Assembly (NCBI GenBank): GCA_029864565.1 | Contig: JAOTTD010000008.1 | Location: forward strand, 3,857-67,856 | Source: Thermoplasmata archaeon | GTDB taxonomy: Archaea; Thermoplasmatota; Thermoplasmata; UBA10834 | DNA length: 64,000 bases | Direction of reading: 5' to 3' | Part shown: piece after piece, positions 7,475-17,490 of the stretch | Numbering within the stretch: position 1 is the stretch's first letter | Layout of the letters: each line of letters starts with the position of its first letter | Program-made: the position numbers and the translations under genes | Notes under the pieces: model-generated | What the model was told of the DNA's origin: nothing | What the model saw: only the letters and a program-made list of their open reading frames with translations | Database searches by the model: none

Positions 7475-8598
7475 ACGAGTCTACCGTCGACCATCAATTG
7501 CTTCTCTCTGCGCGTTGCACCGTCAAAAATGGCGATGGTGGGCGATTTCACGAGGCCATCGAGGTGTATCAAAGCGTCTGCGTCTCCGTCATAGTTGCTG
7601 CCGATAGCGAAGTGACAGGTTCCGTACACCTTCTCGTCCTCGAGCATGTTCGCCACAATCTTCGCCTTCCGGTTGAGGCCAATGCCGAGTTCCCCGATTG
7701 CCCTGGCGTTCCTGCGATAATTCTCCGCCTCGGATGGCTTGATCTCTCCCTTTTTACCCATGCTCCGAGCATTCACCTCACCGGAGCGGATTGATTTCTT
7801 CAACTGATCCGCCTCCGAGGCTCCTGAAACCGACTTGATGAAACCGTCCTTCACCTCTACGACAATCGGCCTGCGGATGACGACCTCTCCCTCGTTCAAT
7901 GCCATCGATCCGTCGAAGGCTATAACTCCGTTCGTGGAGCCAATCGCAGGCGACACGTAGACCTCTCCTGAAGGTACGTTGCCCGCACTTCCAGGGTGTC
8001 TGAAATCGCCATCGTCTGACTTGGGAACACGGCCTTTCACGCCGACTGTAATGTCCGTCCCTGCGGGGGATGTCACTCTTATGGATTTAGCCTTGCTCAT
8101 TGCCCTTAACGTGCGCCTGCAATCATTCCTCAGGACGGAGTAGTCTATTGGCACAGTTCTGGAAAATGTGTCGATGGTGATTCCCGGTGACCAGAATGCT
8201 CTCATCTTGCCCTCGGAATAAAGCATGTCGAAGAGGTTGTCATAGCGTCGCTTCCCCTTGTACCCGTGTTTTAGGCCGAACCTGTCCATCCCGAGCCTAT
8301 CCTTGCTGATTGAGAGGACTATTTGCGGCTCTGCGGATAGAGCCTTGACAATCTCCTCCTCCGTGTAGTCGAACTGTCCTTTCTCTCCCTGGAACACAAG
8401 CACTGGGACCGCTTTCGCTTGCAGAGCCGCGTCGAACAATGACATTGCGATGTCACGCGTCTCCGGGTTTGGATTCGAGATAATCAGAAACCGTTCTCCA
8501 CGCTTCGCTGCGAGGACATCTTCCACCGCAGCTTTCGCAGCTCTGACCAACGACCGAGGATACGCCTTGCCGCTGCCAAAGCCAGGAACATCGGACAT
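7465..8598 (-). CDS. M29-family aminopeptidase (AmpS/PepS/aminopeptidase T-like)
   Basis: 377 aa. Family-like motifs: GERFLIISNPN, GEVYVSP, GVIAFDGS, IVVEVKDGFI, YGTCHFAIGSNY. Confidence 0.7.
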   Translation of the reverse strand: MSDVPGFGSGKAYPRSLVRAAKAAVEDVLAAKRGERFLIISNPNPETRDIAMSLFDAALQAKAVPVLVFQGEKGQFDYTEEEIVKALSAEPQIVLSISKDRLGMDRFGLKHGYKGKRRYDNLFDMLYSEGKMRAFWSPGITIDTFSRTVPIDYSVLRNDCRRTLRAMSKAKSIRVTSPAGTDITVGVKGRVPKSDDGDFRHPGSAGNVPSGEVYVSPAIGSTNGVIAFDGSMALNEGEVVIRRPIVVEVKDGFIKSVSGASEADQLKKSIRSGEVNARSMGKKGEIKPSEAENYRRNARAIGELGIGLNRKAKIVANMLEDEKVYGTCHFAIGSNYDGDADALIHLDGLVKSPTIAIFDGATRREKQLMVDGRLVWN

Positions 8599-8690
8599 AG
8601 AGGGTTAAGGTCTGACCTGGAACTTAAGTTTTGAGAGGCGCCCGTCTGTCTGTCGCGTTCGTCATGTTCGATTTTGGCCCGTTTGCACCT

Positions 8691-10148
8691 CTATCTGTCC
8701 AGGTAATCCGTCGGCACTGCCTTCTTAATGAGACTCTCATCGTACTTCGCGAGCAAGGATAGGATTTCCTTCTTCACATCAGCCTCCAGCTCAGCGCATC
8801 TGTGTTCCTTAAGCAACCGCTTCGCCTCCTTACTAGCGGCCACTCTCATAGGTTCGCCAACGCTTCCCGGCTCAGCTGGCAACATGGCTATCTTGGGCAG
8901 CAGGTTCTCGCTCCTGAAGTGCTTCAGCGTGTGTGAATCCTTCATGAAGTAACCACCGGGACCGACTCTTGCGATAGCATCATAAGCGAGCGTTGCGTCG
9001 TTGACGTCGATGCCTCTCCAAGCCCTGATCGTGTTCCGCCACAGTTCACAGTCCATGACGATCTGCTCGAGTGACTCGCATCCGGAGCGCTCGAAGCCTC
9101 CAATTCCGACCACCTGGTCCGCACCAGCCATAGCGGGTATCAACCCACTTATCGCCTTCTGGTAGCCGACCTCGAAACCAGGTCGGCATCCTGAAGCGGC
9201 TATTCCTCCGACTTGCGATGGCAGCCTGTATCTGCGTGCCATCTGGCATCCAGCGGCGTTTATTAGAGCTCCTTCAGTCGACCCGGAAAGGAACACACCG
9301 GTCCTCATGTCCATGGGCCCTGATTCCGAACTGTAGAGGATTGGGGCGCCAGGGGCAGCGAGCTCGGATATGACCGCGCCCGCGAGATTCTCCGCGTTTA
9401 CGAGGGTAGTTGTACCAACGAGTGACACAGGAGCGACGGACCCTGATATCGCCATGGAAAGATGAACGACCGGAAGACCTGCTCTGGCGAATTCAATCAC
9501 CGCATCGACATCGCCAGCTTCGTACCTAAGCGGAGTCATCGGAGTATGCGTGATTGAAATGATCGTTCTGCGCGCAAGCTCCTTCTCCGAGCCGACGATC
9601 GCCGCAGCGGCGTCTATCAGGAACCTGGTATCCTTCGGGTTGCCGGCACCGTGTTGCACATGCTTTCCCGTGAAGAACAGCGACGCGACGAATTCGTGGC
9701 AGTTCGAAACCTCCGGTGGAAGATCTGTCGCCACAACCTCTGGCCAGAAGAGCTCGACCTCTGGCATAGCATCGCAGACTACTGCAATGTCGACCAGGTC
9801 GCTTGCAGTAGATGGCCGCTTGATCTGCTTGTCAATGTCCCACATGTACGTAGGCTGACCGTCATTGACTCCTTGGGGATGATCAGCGGGAAGTCGGAGG
9901 TCATATCTCTTCTCTCGACCGCACATCAAGAACTCCTTTGGTGCTTTGGCCAAGGATTCCGTGACGAGCGATTCGGGTATCCTCGCCACCTCGCGTCTCT
10001 CGTCTACTTCCGCACCGTGGTCTTTCAGAATCCCCAGAACCGGCTTGCTAGTCACTTTTATGCCGACCTTCTCCAGAATCCGAATGGAGGTCTCGTGAAC
10101 GACATTCTCTTGCTCACTGGTCAATGGGTTGAAGACGGCTTTTGCCAA
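8691..10148 (-). CDS. MttB-superfamily methyltransferase (trimethylamine/quaternary-amine type), no in-frame amber codon
   Basis: 485 aa. Contains VHETSIRILEKVGIKV, LRYEAGDVDAVIEFARAGLPVVHLSMAISG, GADQVVGIGG, IVMDCELW. Paralogous to 31783..33249. Confidence 0.8.
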   Translation of the reverse strand: MAKAVFNPLTSEQENVVHETSIRILEKVGIKVTSKPVLGILKDHGAEVDERREVARIPESLVTESLAKAPKEFLMCGREKRYDLRLPADHPQGVNDGQPTYMWDIDKQIKRPSTASDLVDIAVVCDAMPEVELFWPEVVATDLPPEVSNCHEFVASLFFTGKHVQHGAGNPKDTRFLIDAAAAIVGSEKELARRTIISITHTPMTPLRYEAGDVDAVIEFARAGLPVVHLSMAISGSVAPVSLVGTTTLVNAENLAGAVISELAAPGAPILYSSESGPMDMRTGVFLSGSTEGALINAAGCQMARRYRLPSQVGGIAASGCRPGFEVGYQKAISGLIPAMAGADQVVGIGGFERSGCESLEQIVMDCELWRNTIRAWRGIDVNDATLAYDAIARVGPGGYFMKDSHTLKHFRSENLLPKIAMLPAEPGSVGEPMRVAASKEAKRLLKEHRCAELEADVKKEILSLLAKYDESLIKKAVPTDYLDR

Positions 10149-10245
10149 CTTATCCTCCCGCGGACCAGTGAACCTAGTGCACGTATAAAACCACTGTCAT
10201 GCTTGCCAAGAAAGGTTGATAAGCTCCTTGGCAACCAATGATTGG

Positions 10246-10752
10246 TCACCTCTCTTCTGATATGGATCGCTCGACTGCTTTCTCCTCGAGCCTCCGCGCG
10301 CGCCTTCTCCCAGCTTCCTGATTCCTTATATGATCATCCGAGGTCTCGAGGACTAGCTCGGGGGCCTCGCAAGGCTTTCCCAAGGTGTCGAGGGCAACGA
10401 CCGTCAGGTATGACGACCCAGTATGACGGATTTCTCCCGTTCTTGGGTCCTCGGCTTCCACCCTCACTCCTATCTCCATCGACGATCTCCAGACGGCGTT
10501 GACACTCGCTTTCAGCGTCAGAAGGTCGCCGATATGAACTGGCGAATGGAAGGTCATGCGATCTAGTGTAACTGTAACGATGTTCGTCCTCGTGTGTCTC
10601 GTTGCGACGACATAGGCTATCTCGTCTACCATCTTCAGTATAGTGCCGCCGAACACGTTTCCCGCAAGGTTCGCATCTTGAGGCATCATCACTCCTGCTA
10701 CGACGGTCTTTGATTCCGAGACCTTCCTAGAGATCCGAGGCATATCACTCAC
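10246..10752 (-). CDS. acyl-CoA thioesterase (hotdog fold)
   Basis: MPQDANLAGNVFGGTILKMVDEIAYVVA...VTLDRMTFHSPVHIGDLL...SSMEIGVRVEAED is typical of YciA/BFIT-type acyl-CoA hydrolases. Confidence 0.8.
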   Translation of the reverse strand: MSDMPRISRKVSESKTVVAGVMMPQDANLAGNVFGGTILKMVDEIAYVVATRHTRTNIVTVTLDRMTFHSPVHIGDLLTLKASVNAVWRSSMEIGVRVEAEDPRTGEIRHTGSSYLTVVALDTLGKPCEAPELVLETSDDHIRNQEAGRRRARRLEEKAVERSISEER

Positions 10753-10761
10753 CGCTGTCCC

Positions 10762-11745
10762 TCATTGTCGCCCACCATTATTAGGTGAATCGTTTTGGCG
10801 GGCTCCCTCCTCGCCCGAACGGGGAGACTCATCTATGGTCTTTTCCGAGCGAACGGATGATTCGCTGGAACGCTTCATCGCGATGATTCCCGTAATCGCT
10901 AGAGCCGTGGCGGAAACAACGACGCCAACTGCAACCAACAGAAGCATAGAGTGATCCGAATCGTCATACGACTGATAGGATGACAGCTCCGCCACGAATA
11001 CCGGTTCAGCTGAACTATTGTCATATCGCTCTGTTCTGACCGACATGCAAACATCGGACGAGTACCAGATTATCTCCGCGGTGGAATCCTGAGAGACGAA
11101 GAGCCGGATGCATTCAAAAACACCAGCTTCTGTCTCAACCGGCTCATCGACGGAATCCACCGAGAATTCCATTCGCGTGGCAACAACCGTCTCGTCGTCG
11201 AGGGAAGCGGTTCCGTTGTGGAACGATATGACCTGAATGACTTCGACGGTCTCGTTCCATCTGTCATCTTGCTCGACCGACAGAGGGGCGAAGCCCGACA
11301 TGAACGGCGGCAGGTAGCAGATTGTCTCGATCATCTGTACTTGCTCGGCCAATTGCAGAGTTCCCGAGTAGCTGGTGATGTTGACTATGGTCGTCATTTC
11401 CCTCATTACGACCGCTGGGGTCCCTATCGTCTGATAGATGTACCCATCGTACACCCCTGACGCTGAGGATCCCACGCCCAGCGGTAATGAGACGCCATCA
11501 AAGGAACCAGTGATTCGGAAGACATCCACTTGGTAGCTGGTGTCCCCCACGGACAACGCCTCTTCGCCGACCCGGTCATAAGTCATGGTTCCCGACACGG
11601 GCACCTCCTCGATTACGGTGTCTATTGTGAAGGTCCATCTTTCCTGGCTTGACCATTCGTCCCCTTCAGCTAATGCGCTCGAGTGAGCGCACACACATAA
11701 CAGGAAGGCAGCCATTGCCGCTGTGATGATGGAGCGAGGTCTCAT
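10762..11745 (-). CDS. secreted, C-terminally membrane-anchored protein (hypothetical)
   Basis: Signal-like AAMAAFLLCVCAHSSALA and C-terminal TM LLLVAVGVVVSATALAITGIIAM followed by a polar tail. No recognisable catalytic motif. Confidence 0.55.
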   Translation of the reverse strand: MRPRSIITAAMAAFLLCVCAHSSALAEGDEWSSQERWTFTIDTVIEEVPVSGTMTYDRVGEEALSVGDTSYQVDVFRITGSFDGVSLPLGVGSSASGVYDGYIYQTIGTPAVVMREMTTIVNITSYSGTLQLAEQVQMIETICYLPPFMSGFAPLSVEQDDRWNETVEVIQVISFHNGTASLDDETVVATRMEFSVDSVDEPVETEAGVFECIRLFVSQDSTAEIIWYSSDVCMSVRTERYDNSSAEPVFVAELSSYQSYDDSDHSMLLLVAVGVVVSATALAITGIIAMKRSSESSVRSEKTIDESPRSGEEGARQNDSPNNGGRQ

Positions 11746-11869
11746 AATGGCCCAGCCGCTTAGTCGTCAGCTCCGCTAGACACGATTCTTCGCCTTTATA
11801 CCTTTCCGAAACCCTCGAATCGAGAGAAAGAATATAGTATGGAATCGTTTAACCCTGGACAGTGGCTCA

Positions 11870-12988
11870 ATGAACGAAGAATTCGAGGTCACGCCTTACA
11901 GCGTCTCGGGCGACATCGACTACGACGAACTAGTCGAGAGGTTCGGAACAAAGAAGATTGACGATTCACTGATGGAGCGCTTCGCACGCCACGGGCCGAT
12001 TCACCCGATGCTCCGAAGGGGCATCTTCTACTCGCACAGGGATTTAGACTGGATTCTGAGCGAGTATGAGAAGGGGACAGGATTCACTCTTTACACAGGC
12101 AGAGGGCCATCTGGACCGGTCCATATCGGTCACACAATGCCTTGGATGTTCGCCAAGTACCTCCAAGACACCTTCAAGGCCAAGCTATGGTTCCAGCTTA
12201 CGGATGACGAGAAATTCATGTTTTACGATCACCTCTCTCTCGAGGAGGCAAAGAAGTGGGCTTATGACAACGCCCTTGACATAATCGCGCTCGGGTTCGA
12301 CCCCGACCTCACGAACATATTCTTGGACACCGAATACATCGGAACGATGTATCCCACTGCTGTCAGGGCGGCCAAGAAGATCAACTTCTCAACCATCAGA
12401 GCGGTGTTCGGATTCGACAACTCAAACAACATAGGCAGCATATTCTTCACGAGTATACAGACGGTGCCATGCTTCCTGGAATCAATCGCCCAAGGGAGGA
12501 ACGTCCCTTGTCTGATACCCTGCGGGATAGACCAAGATCCCCACTTCAGGGTGACCAGGGACATTGCCGAGGGGCTTGGATTCTACAAGCCAGCGCTTGT
12601 GCACGCCAAGTTGATGCCATCCCTCGGAGGCTCCGAGAAGATGTCGACTTCGACTAAGATGAATGACACGATATTCATGACCGATGATGAGAAGACTGCC
12701 AAGAAAAAGGTCATGAACGCCTTCACGGGTGGCAGAGTGTCCGTAGATGAGCAGAGGAAGGAAGGCGGGGACCCCGAGATCTGTGCGGTCTACCAGTATA
12801 ATCTATATCATTTCGAGCCGGACGATACGAAGTTGGCACAGCTGCATGCTGACTGCAAGTCCGGCAAGATTCTCTGTGGTGAGTGCAAAGCACGGCTGTT
12901 CGAGAAGATCTGGAAGTTCCTCGAGCACCATCAGCTCGAGCGTGAGAAAGCCAAGGACAAGGTAAACGACTTCTTGATCCGCGACTGA
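11870..12988 (+). CDS. trpS: tryptophanyl-tRNA synthetase (archaeal/eukaryotic type)
   Basis: Class I motifs TGRGPSGPVHIGH (HIGH) and EKMSTS (KMSKS). The N-terminus VTPYSVSGDIDYDELVERFGT is typical of archaeal TrpRS. Confidence 0.85.
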   Translation: MNEEFEVTPYSVSGDIDYDELVERFGTKKIDDSLMERFARHGPIHPMLRRGIFYSHRDLDWILSEYEKGTGFTLYTGRGPSGPVHIGHTMPWMFAKYLQDTFKAKLWFQLTDDEKFMFYDHLSLEEAKKWAYDNALDIIALGFDPDLTNIFLDTEYIGTMYPTAVRAAKKINFSTIRAVFGFDNSNNIGSIFFTSIQTVPCFLESIAQGRNVPCLIPCGIDQDPHFRVTRDIAEGLGFYKPALVHAKLMPSLGGSEKMSTSTKMNDTIFMTDDEKTAKKKVMNAFTGGRVSVDEQRKEGGDPEICAVYQYNLYHFEPDDTKLAQLHADCKSGKILCGECKARLFEKIWKFLEHHQLEREKAKDKVNDFLIRD

Positions 12989-13045
12989 TAGGCCAAACGC
13001 TCATTAAAGAGCTCGACCCTCTCTATCACGAGAGGTGGAGGTTCG

Positions 13046-13429
13046 TTGATAATCAGACGTATCGCGACTGTCGCGAACGACGTCACGGAGGATGTCGACG
13101 ACTGGTCGAGTGTGGAGTCGAAACTCGTCTTCGAGAGGGAGTATGTCGAGGGGCTCTATAAGCTCAATAAATTCGACCATGTCTTGGTCATATTCGGTTT
13201 TCACAGGAAGCGGAAGGTGGCGATGAAAGTTCACCCGATGCACGACCCCACGAAGCCTCTGGTCGGGGTGTTCGCATCTCGGTCGCCCAAGAGGCCGAAC
13301 AGAATAGGGTTGACTAGAGTAGAGCTGATCAGCGTTAAGGGCAACATCGTGACGGTCAAGGGGTTGGACGCGTATGACGGCTCACCAGTCTTCGATGTTA
13401 AGCCACCGGCCGACGAGATAGACTACTGA
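13046..13429 (+). CDS. TsaA/TrmO-like (UPF0066, YaeB family) domain protein
   Basis: FDHVLVIFGFH...VFASRSPKRPNRIGLTRVELISVKGNIVTVKGLDAYDGSPVFDVKP. TTG start preceded by GGTGGAGGT. Confidence 0.7.
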   Translation: MIIRRIATVANDVTEDVDDWSSVESKLVFEREYVEGLYKLNKFDHVLVIFGFHRKRKVAMKVHPMHDPTKPLVGVFASRSPKRPNRIGLTRVELISVKGNIVTVKGLDAYDGSPVFDVKPPADEIDY

Positions 13430-13485
13430 TGAACCGCACGCCAGTGGAAAAAGTAAATAAGCCGCACGTCCAATGAGGCCCGCGC

Positions 13486-15015
13486 ATGACCGAACACGAT
13501 ATCATAGATCGGCTGAGCTTCCTGGAGAAGAAGGTGATCATCGCACTTCGTGAGCTGGACTGTCCCACACCCGAGGAGGTACTGACCGAGGCGGGGCTGA
13601 ACCAGCTGGTTGAGGTCATGAACGCTGCCTCTTGGCTGCAGGCAAAGGGGCTTATTACGATAGAGGAGAAGATTACCAGGAAGTACTCTCTCAAGAGCTC
13701 GGAGAACGCCCGGAAGGAGCTCCCAGAGAAGACGGTGACCCGAACCATTCTTACAGTGTTCAATGGCAAGGCGACGACATCGCAGCTGAAGGGCTCGGAC
13801 ACATTCAAACCATCAGAGCTGCAGATAGCCCTTGGATGGATACGAAAGAAGGGATGGGGGGAATTCTCTAAGGAGGGCAGCGACACCATCGTCATTGTGA
13901 CCCAGAAGGGGCGAGACGCGCTCGACACCGAGGGCGAAGACGAGCGACTGATCAAGCAGCTCATAGACGGCGACCTCATGGAGGAAGATGTCGATATGGA
14001 CGCAATCGGCCAGCTCAAGCAGAGAAAGGATTTCCTCTCGGAGAGGCTGGTGACGGAGAGACGGTTGGCCCTGACCGAGAGCGGCTCCAAGATAGCCGCC
14101 CTCGACATCGATATAAAGGAGGAAATAGGGCAGCTGACCCCCGAGCTGATAGCCTCCGGCGGATGGCGGGACGTCGAGATTCGGAGGTACGACGTGAAGG
14201 CGTTCGCCCCCGTGATCTATGGAGGCAGGAGACATCCGATTACGCTTCTGATCGAGAAAATCAGGAACGCCTTCCTCAACATGGGATTTTCCGAGATCAC
14301 CGGCGACTATTTCGAGAGTGCCTTCTGGAACATGGACGTCCTGTTCACAGCGCAAGACCATCCCGCCAGGGAATTGCAGGACACATTCTATCTGTCCAAC
14401 CCCGACAAGGTCGATCTTTCAAACGATGCTGAGTTAGTGGACATCGTAAGGCAGGTGCACGAGAATGGTTGGAAGACCGGCTCGTTGGGCTGGAGATACG
14501 CCTGGAGTCTTGAGGAGGCTCAGAGGACACTTCTGCGGACGCACACCACCGTGAACACTATCCGCAGGATAGCGGAGGATCCCAAGTTGCCGTTCAAGGT
14601 CTTCTCAATAGGCAGGGTCTTCAGGAACGAAGCCATGGATTCGACGCACCTTCCGGAATTCGTCCAGATCGAGGGAATCGTGTGCGAAGAGGACGCCAAC
14701 TTCGGCATGCTCTGCACGCTCCTGAAGGAGTTCTACAGGCGGATGGACATACCCAAGATACGGATCAGGCCATCGTACTACCCATATACGGAACCGTCTC
14801 TGGACGTGGAGATATTCTTCAACGATCAATGGATGGAACTTGGTGGGGCGGGCATATTCAGGCCTGAGGTCACGGAGCCGCTTGGCGTGCATGCGCCCGT
14901 GCTGGCTTGGGGCTTCGGGCTGGAACGGCTGGCGATGCCAGTCTGGGGCCTCAACGATATCAGGGACATATATATCTCCGACATCGATTGGCTGAAAAAG
15001 ATGCCGCAGGTCTGA
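13486..15015 (+). CDS. pheS: phenylalanyl-tRNA synthetase alpha subunit (archaeal type)
   Basis: N-terminal wHTH repeats, then the class II core HPARELQDTFY, FRNE...THLPEFVQIEG, GAGIFRPEV, AWGFGLERLAM. Confidence 0.9.
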   Translation: MTEHDIIDRLSFLEKKVIIALRELDCPTPEEVLTEAGLNQLVEVMNAASWLQAKGLITIEEKITRKYSLKSSENARKELPEKTVTRTILTVFNGKATTSQLKGSDTFKPSELQIALGWIRKKGWGEFSKEGSDTIVIVTQKGRDALDTEGEDERLIKQLIDGDLMEEDVDMDAIGQLKQRKDFLSERLVTERRLALTESGSKIAALDIDIKEEIGQLTPELIASGGWRDVEIRRYDVKAFAPVIYGGRRHPITLLIEKIRNAFLNMGFSEITGDYFESAFWNMDVLFTAQDHPARELQDTFYLSNPDKVDLSNDAELVDIVRQVHENGWKTGSLGWRYAWSLEEAQRTLLRTHTTVNTIRRIAEDPKLPFKVFSIGRVFRNEAMDSTHLPEFVQIEGIVCEEDANFGMLCTLLKEFYRRMDIPKIRIRPSYYPYTEPSLDVEIFFNDQWMELGGAGIFRPEVTEPLGVHAPVLAWGFGLERLAMPVWGLNDIRDIYISDIDWLKKMPQV

Positions 15016-15029
15016 AGGAGCCGCCTCTA

Positions 15030-17465
15030 TCAGTCCAATCTGGCGACCTTTCGAAGCTCGGCGCCTGCCCTTGAGGCGATGTCATCTGCGGATATCGACT
15101 CAGAGAGGGCGATTGACTCCCGAAGCAAACCGGCCGCGCGCTCATGCTCCCCGCGCTCTGTGAGGAATACGCCAAACTCCACTTTCTTCTCGGCAAGTGC
15201 CCTTTGAGCTCCTGTGCCCTCGAGAGCCTTTATGCTCTCGGCGTGATACTCCTCACTCTGCTCCAGGTTTCCAGACAACCGCTCAATCGCTCCGAGCTTC
15301 GAGTAGGCGGACGACACGCCCAACGAGTCCTCGAGTTCCGCGAACACCTCGAGAGCCTCGAAACACTTCTCCCTCGCATCCGATTTGTTCCCCGACTTGA
15401 CGAGCACATCCGCCAAGGACATCAGGACGTCCGCCCTCATTCGCGGCTGTCCAGTATCCATAGACAGACGGACGGCATTCTCCAGATAAGACCGCGCATC
15501 GTCGACCCTTTCCAGGTGGACGCTTGCGTCGCCCATCTTCGCGTACGCGCTCGCGAGGTCGACTGGGCCGAAGCCTGCGGCGCACTTCAAGAAGTGCTCG
15601 ATCGCCTTTTCGTGTTCTCCCCGCCCAATGAGGACGTCTCCCAGCTCAAGATGCGCCTTGAGCATGCCCTTCTGATCCATCGCCGACAAGGAATCTTGTG
15701 CGCTTCGACTAAGCAGGTCCTCGGCCTTTGCGTGGTCGCCCATCTTGAACTCGATTACGCCGAGGCCCCTGAGTGCCTTCGCCCTCAGCTGCGGAGAATC
15801 CCCCACCTGGGACAAAGCGTCCGTCAACAACCTCGATGCCTCCTTCAGCTCGCCGCGACCGCTCAGTATCATGCCCATCCCGATTAGGGCTTCGGCTCGA
15901 AGGCCATCAGCGTCCTCCTTGGATACCATCTCGAGTATCCGCCATGCGGCATCGTAGTCGCCGAGCAGGCTGGCGAGCCTCGACTGGATGAGCATCACGC
16001 CGGGCCTGTATCTTGGCCTTGACGGCTCGTAGTCCTCAAGCTGCTGCCATAGACTCAGGACGTTGCAGCCGTCCAACAAATCCTCACCGAGGCGAGCCAT
16101 GAGCATCTCGGCCTCCAAGCCCCTGCTTGACTTCAGCAGGTGCAGCAGGCGTTCATGAGGGTTGTCCGATCGAAGATAGTAGTCGGCTGCAATGCTATGC
16201 CATCTTCGCCGCTCCTCGGGAGTCATATGGCCATAAACGAAATCACGTATCGAGGCGTGAATCTCAAACTTCCCAGGAACGACCTCCCTGAGCATCGATC
16301 CGCGCCTGACCCCTCTGAGGCCGCGAGGGATTGCTTCCGCCGCGAAAGGCATCTGGAATACTGATGCGAGCTGTAGCAGCGACTTCTGCTCCGTCGGGAG
16401 CCCTTCGTAGAACCGTTCTTCGAAGAACCGGGACAGCTGATACCGAGCTTCCCTCGGAGTGGATTCCGTGACCATCTCCAACGACAGCGGATGGCCGTTC
16501 ACCATGTTCACAAGACTCCTCCCTATGCGATTGCTAATGCCTCTTGCCTTCAAGAGTTCCGTTGCGGAGACCATGTCGAGACCGCTCAGCTCGAGTTCGG
16601 TCACTTCGCCCTTCGCAACGACCTCCGACTTGTCGTAAAGGCTTGCGCCGGTTTCGATTGTGACGATCATCTTGCTTGCGCCGCCACTGTGTCGGAACAT
16701 CCGCAGGAATTCCTGTATCTCCTCTGAAGCGTCGGCATCGTCAAACGCGAATATGTAGCCGTTCTCGGTCAGGGTTTCCCTGAGGAGGTAGCTGATCTCG
16801 CCCAGCTCGAAAGCCCCCGAAGCCAAGTAGGCCTCGAGGCGCTTGCTGCCATTCTCTGAGAAGAACGCACCCAGGGAATCTGCAATGTTCCTCGGCATGT
16901 CCCAAGGCTTGACGGCGTACCAGAAGATCCTCAGCTCCGAGGATTCCGACAGCATCTTCACCACAAGCGTGGTCTTTCCAATGCCGGAAATGCCTTTGAC
17001 GACAAGCAGCCTGCGGTTCGGATCATGTAGTGCCCGACCGAGCATGTCCAACTCCCGCTCTCTGCCGAAGAAATACTTCAGAGAAGGCAGGGGCGATGAC
17101 CGATATGCCTTCCTTCCCCTAACGGGGGAAGCATCAGCGGAGACCTTCGCCGCGTCCACCATTGCGTCGATCTCGTTGTCCATGACGTACTGATGGATAG
17201 CCGAAGCACGGGCTTTGCCGTCGTGCGTCAGGAGGTAGACCTTCCTCCTGGTCTTCCCTCTCCTGACATGCGACAGTCGCTCCTCCACCATCCCTGACGC
17301 CTTAAGCTTCTTCAGTTCGATGGCCGCATGCGCCCTCGATATGGTACAGGACTGAGATATCCCGTCCTGTGTCAAATGAAATGGCACCTCGTACTTGTCC
17401 TCGTATTTGGTGAAGGATTGCAGATGATACAGTATCCGTTCGGAGACTGTTAGTGAACCACCCAT
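15030..17465 (-). CDS. wHTH - P-loop ATPase (archaeal ATPase/STAND-like) - TPR repeat regulator
   Basis: N-terminal wHTH (ISRAHAAIELKKLKASGMVEE...KVYLLT), Walker A VVKGISGIGKTTL, and long C-terminal TPR-like repeats. ATG 17465 lies 25 nt after a TATA box, so the ORF-track extension to 17510 is rejected. Confidence 0.7.
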   Translation of the reverse strand: MGGSLTVSERILYHLQSFTKYEDKYEVPFHLTQDGISQSCTISRAHAAIELKKLKASGMVEERLSHVRRGKTRRKVYLLTHDGKARASAIHQYVMDNEIDAMVDAAKVSADASPVRGRKAYRSSPLPSLKYFFGRERELDMLGRALHDPNRRLLVVKGISGIGKTTLVVKMLSESSELRIFWYAVKPWDMPRNIADSLGAFFSENGSKRLEAYLASGAFELGEISYLLRETLTENGYIFAFDDADASEEIQEFLRMFRHSGGASKMIVTIETGASLYDKSEVVAKGEVTELELSGLDMVSATELLKARGISNRIGRSLVNMVNGHPLSLEMVTESTPREARYQLSRFFEERFYEGLPTEQKSLLQLASVFQMPFAAEAIPRGLRGVRRGSMLREVVPGKFEIHASIRDFVYGHMTPEERRRWHSIAADYYLRSDNPHERLLHLLKSSRGLEAEMLMARLGEDLLDGCNVLSLWQQLEDYEPSRPRYRPGVMLIQSRLASLLGDYDAAWRILEMVSKEDADGLRAEALIGMGMILSGRGELKEASRLLTDALSQVGDSPQLRAKALRGLGVIEFKMGDHAKAEDLLSRSAQDSLSAMDQKGMLKAHLELGDVLIGRGEHEKAIEHFLKCAAGFGPVDLASAYAKMGDASVHLERVDDARSYLENAVRLSMDTGQPRMRADVLMSLADVLVKSGNKSDAREKCFEALEVFAELEDSLGVSSAYSKLGAIERLSGNLEQSEEYHAESIKALEGTGAQRALAEKKVEFGVFLTERGEHERAAGLLRESIALSESISADDIASRAGAELRKVARLD

Positions 17466-17490
17466 GCAGCAGAACGAACGAGGATTTCCG

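Noticed and set aside
8691-10148. Pyrrolysine (in-frame UAG) in the MttB-family genes
   Set aside because: Both MttB-like ORFs are uninterrupted. TAG terminates ordinary genes in this window (rpoN, the PHI-like gene, the E2). No pyl genes or tRNA-Pyl are visible here.
13398-14108. 236-aa minus-strand ORF opposite pheS
   Set aside because: It is extremely Ser-rich, has no recognisable domain, and lies fully inside the well-supported PheS alpha gene.
15030-17465. Avs/NLR-like antiviral STAND sensor
   Set aside because: The N-terminal module is a wHTH DNA-binding domain with no nuclease, protease, TIR or Sir2 effector. No neighbouring defence genes are present. It is kept only as a regulator.
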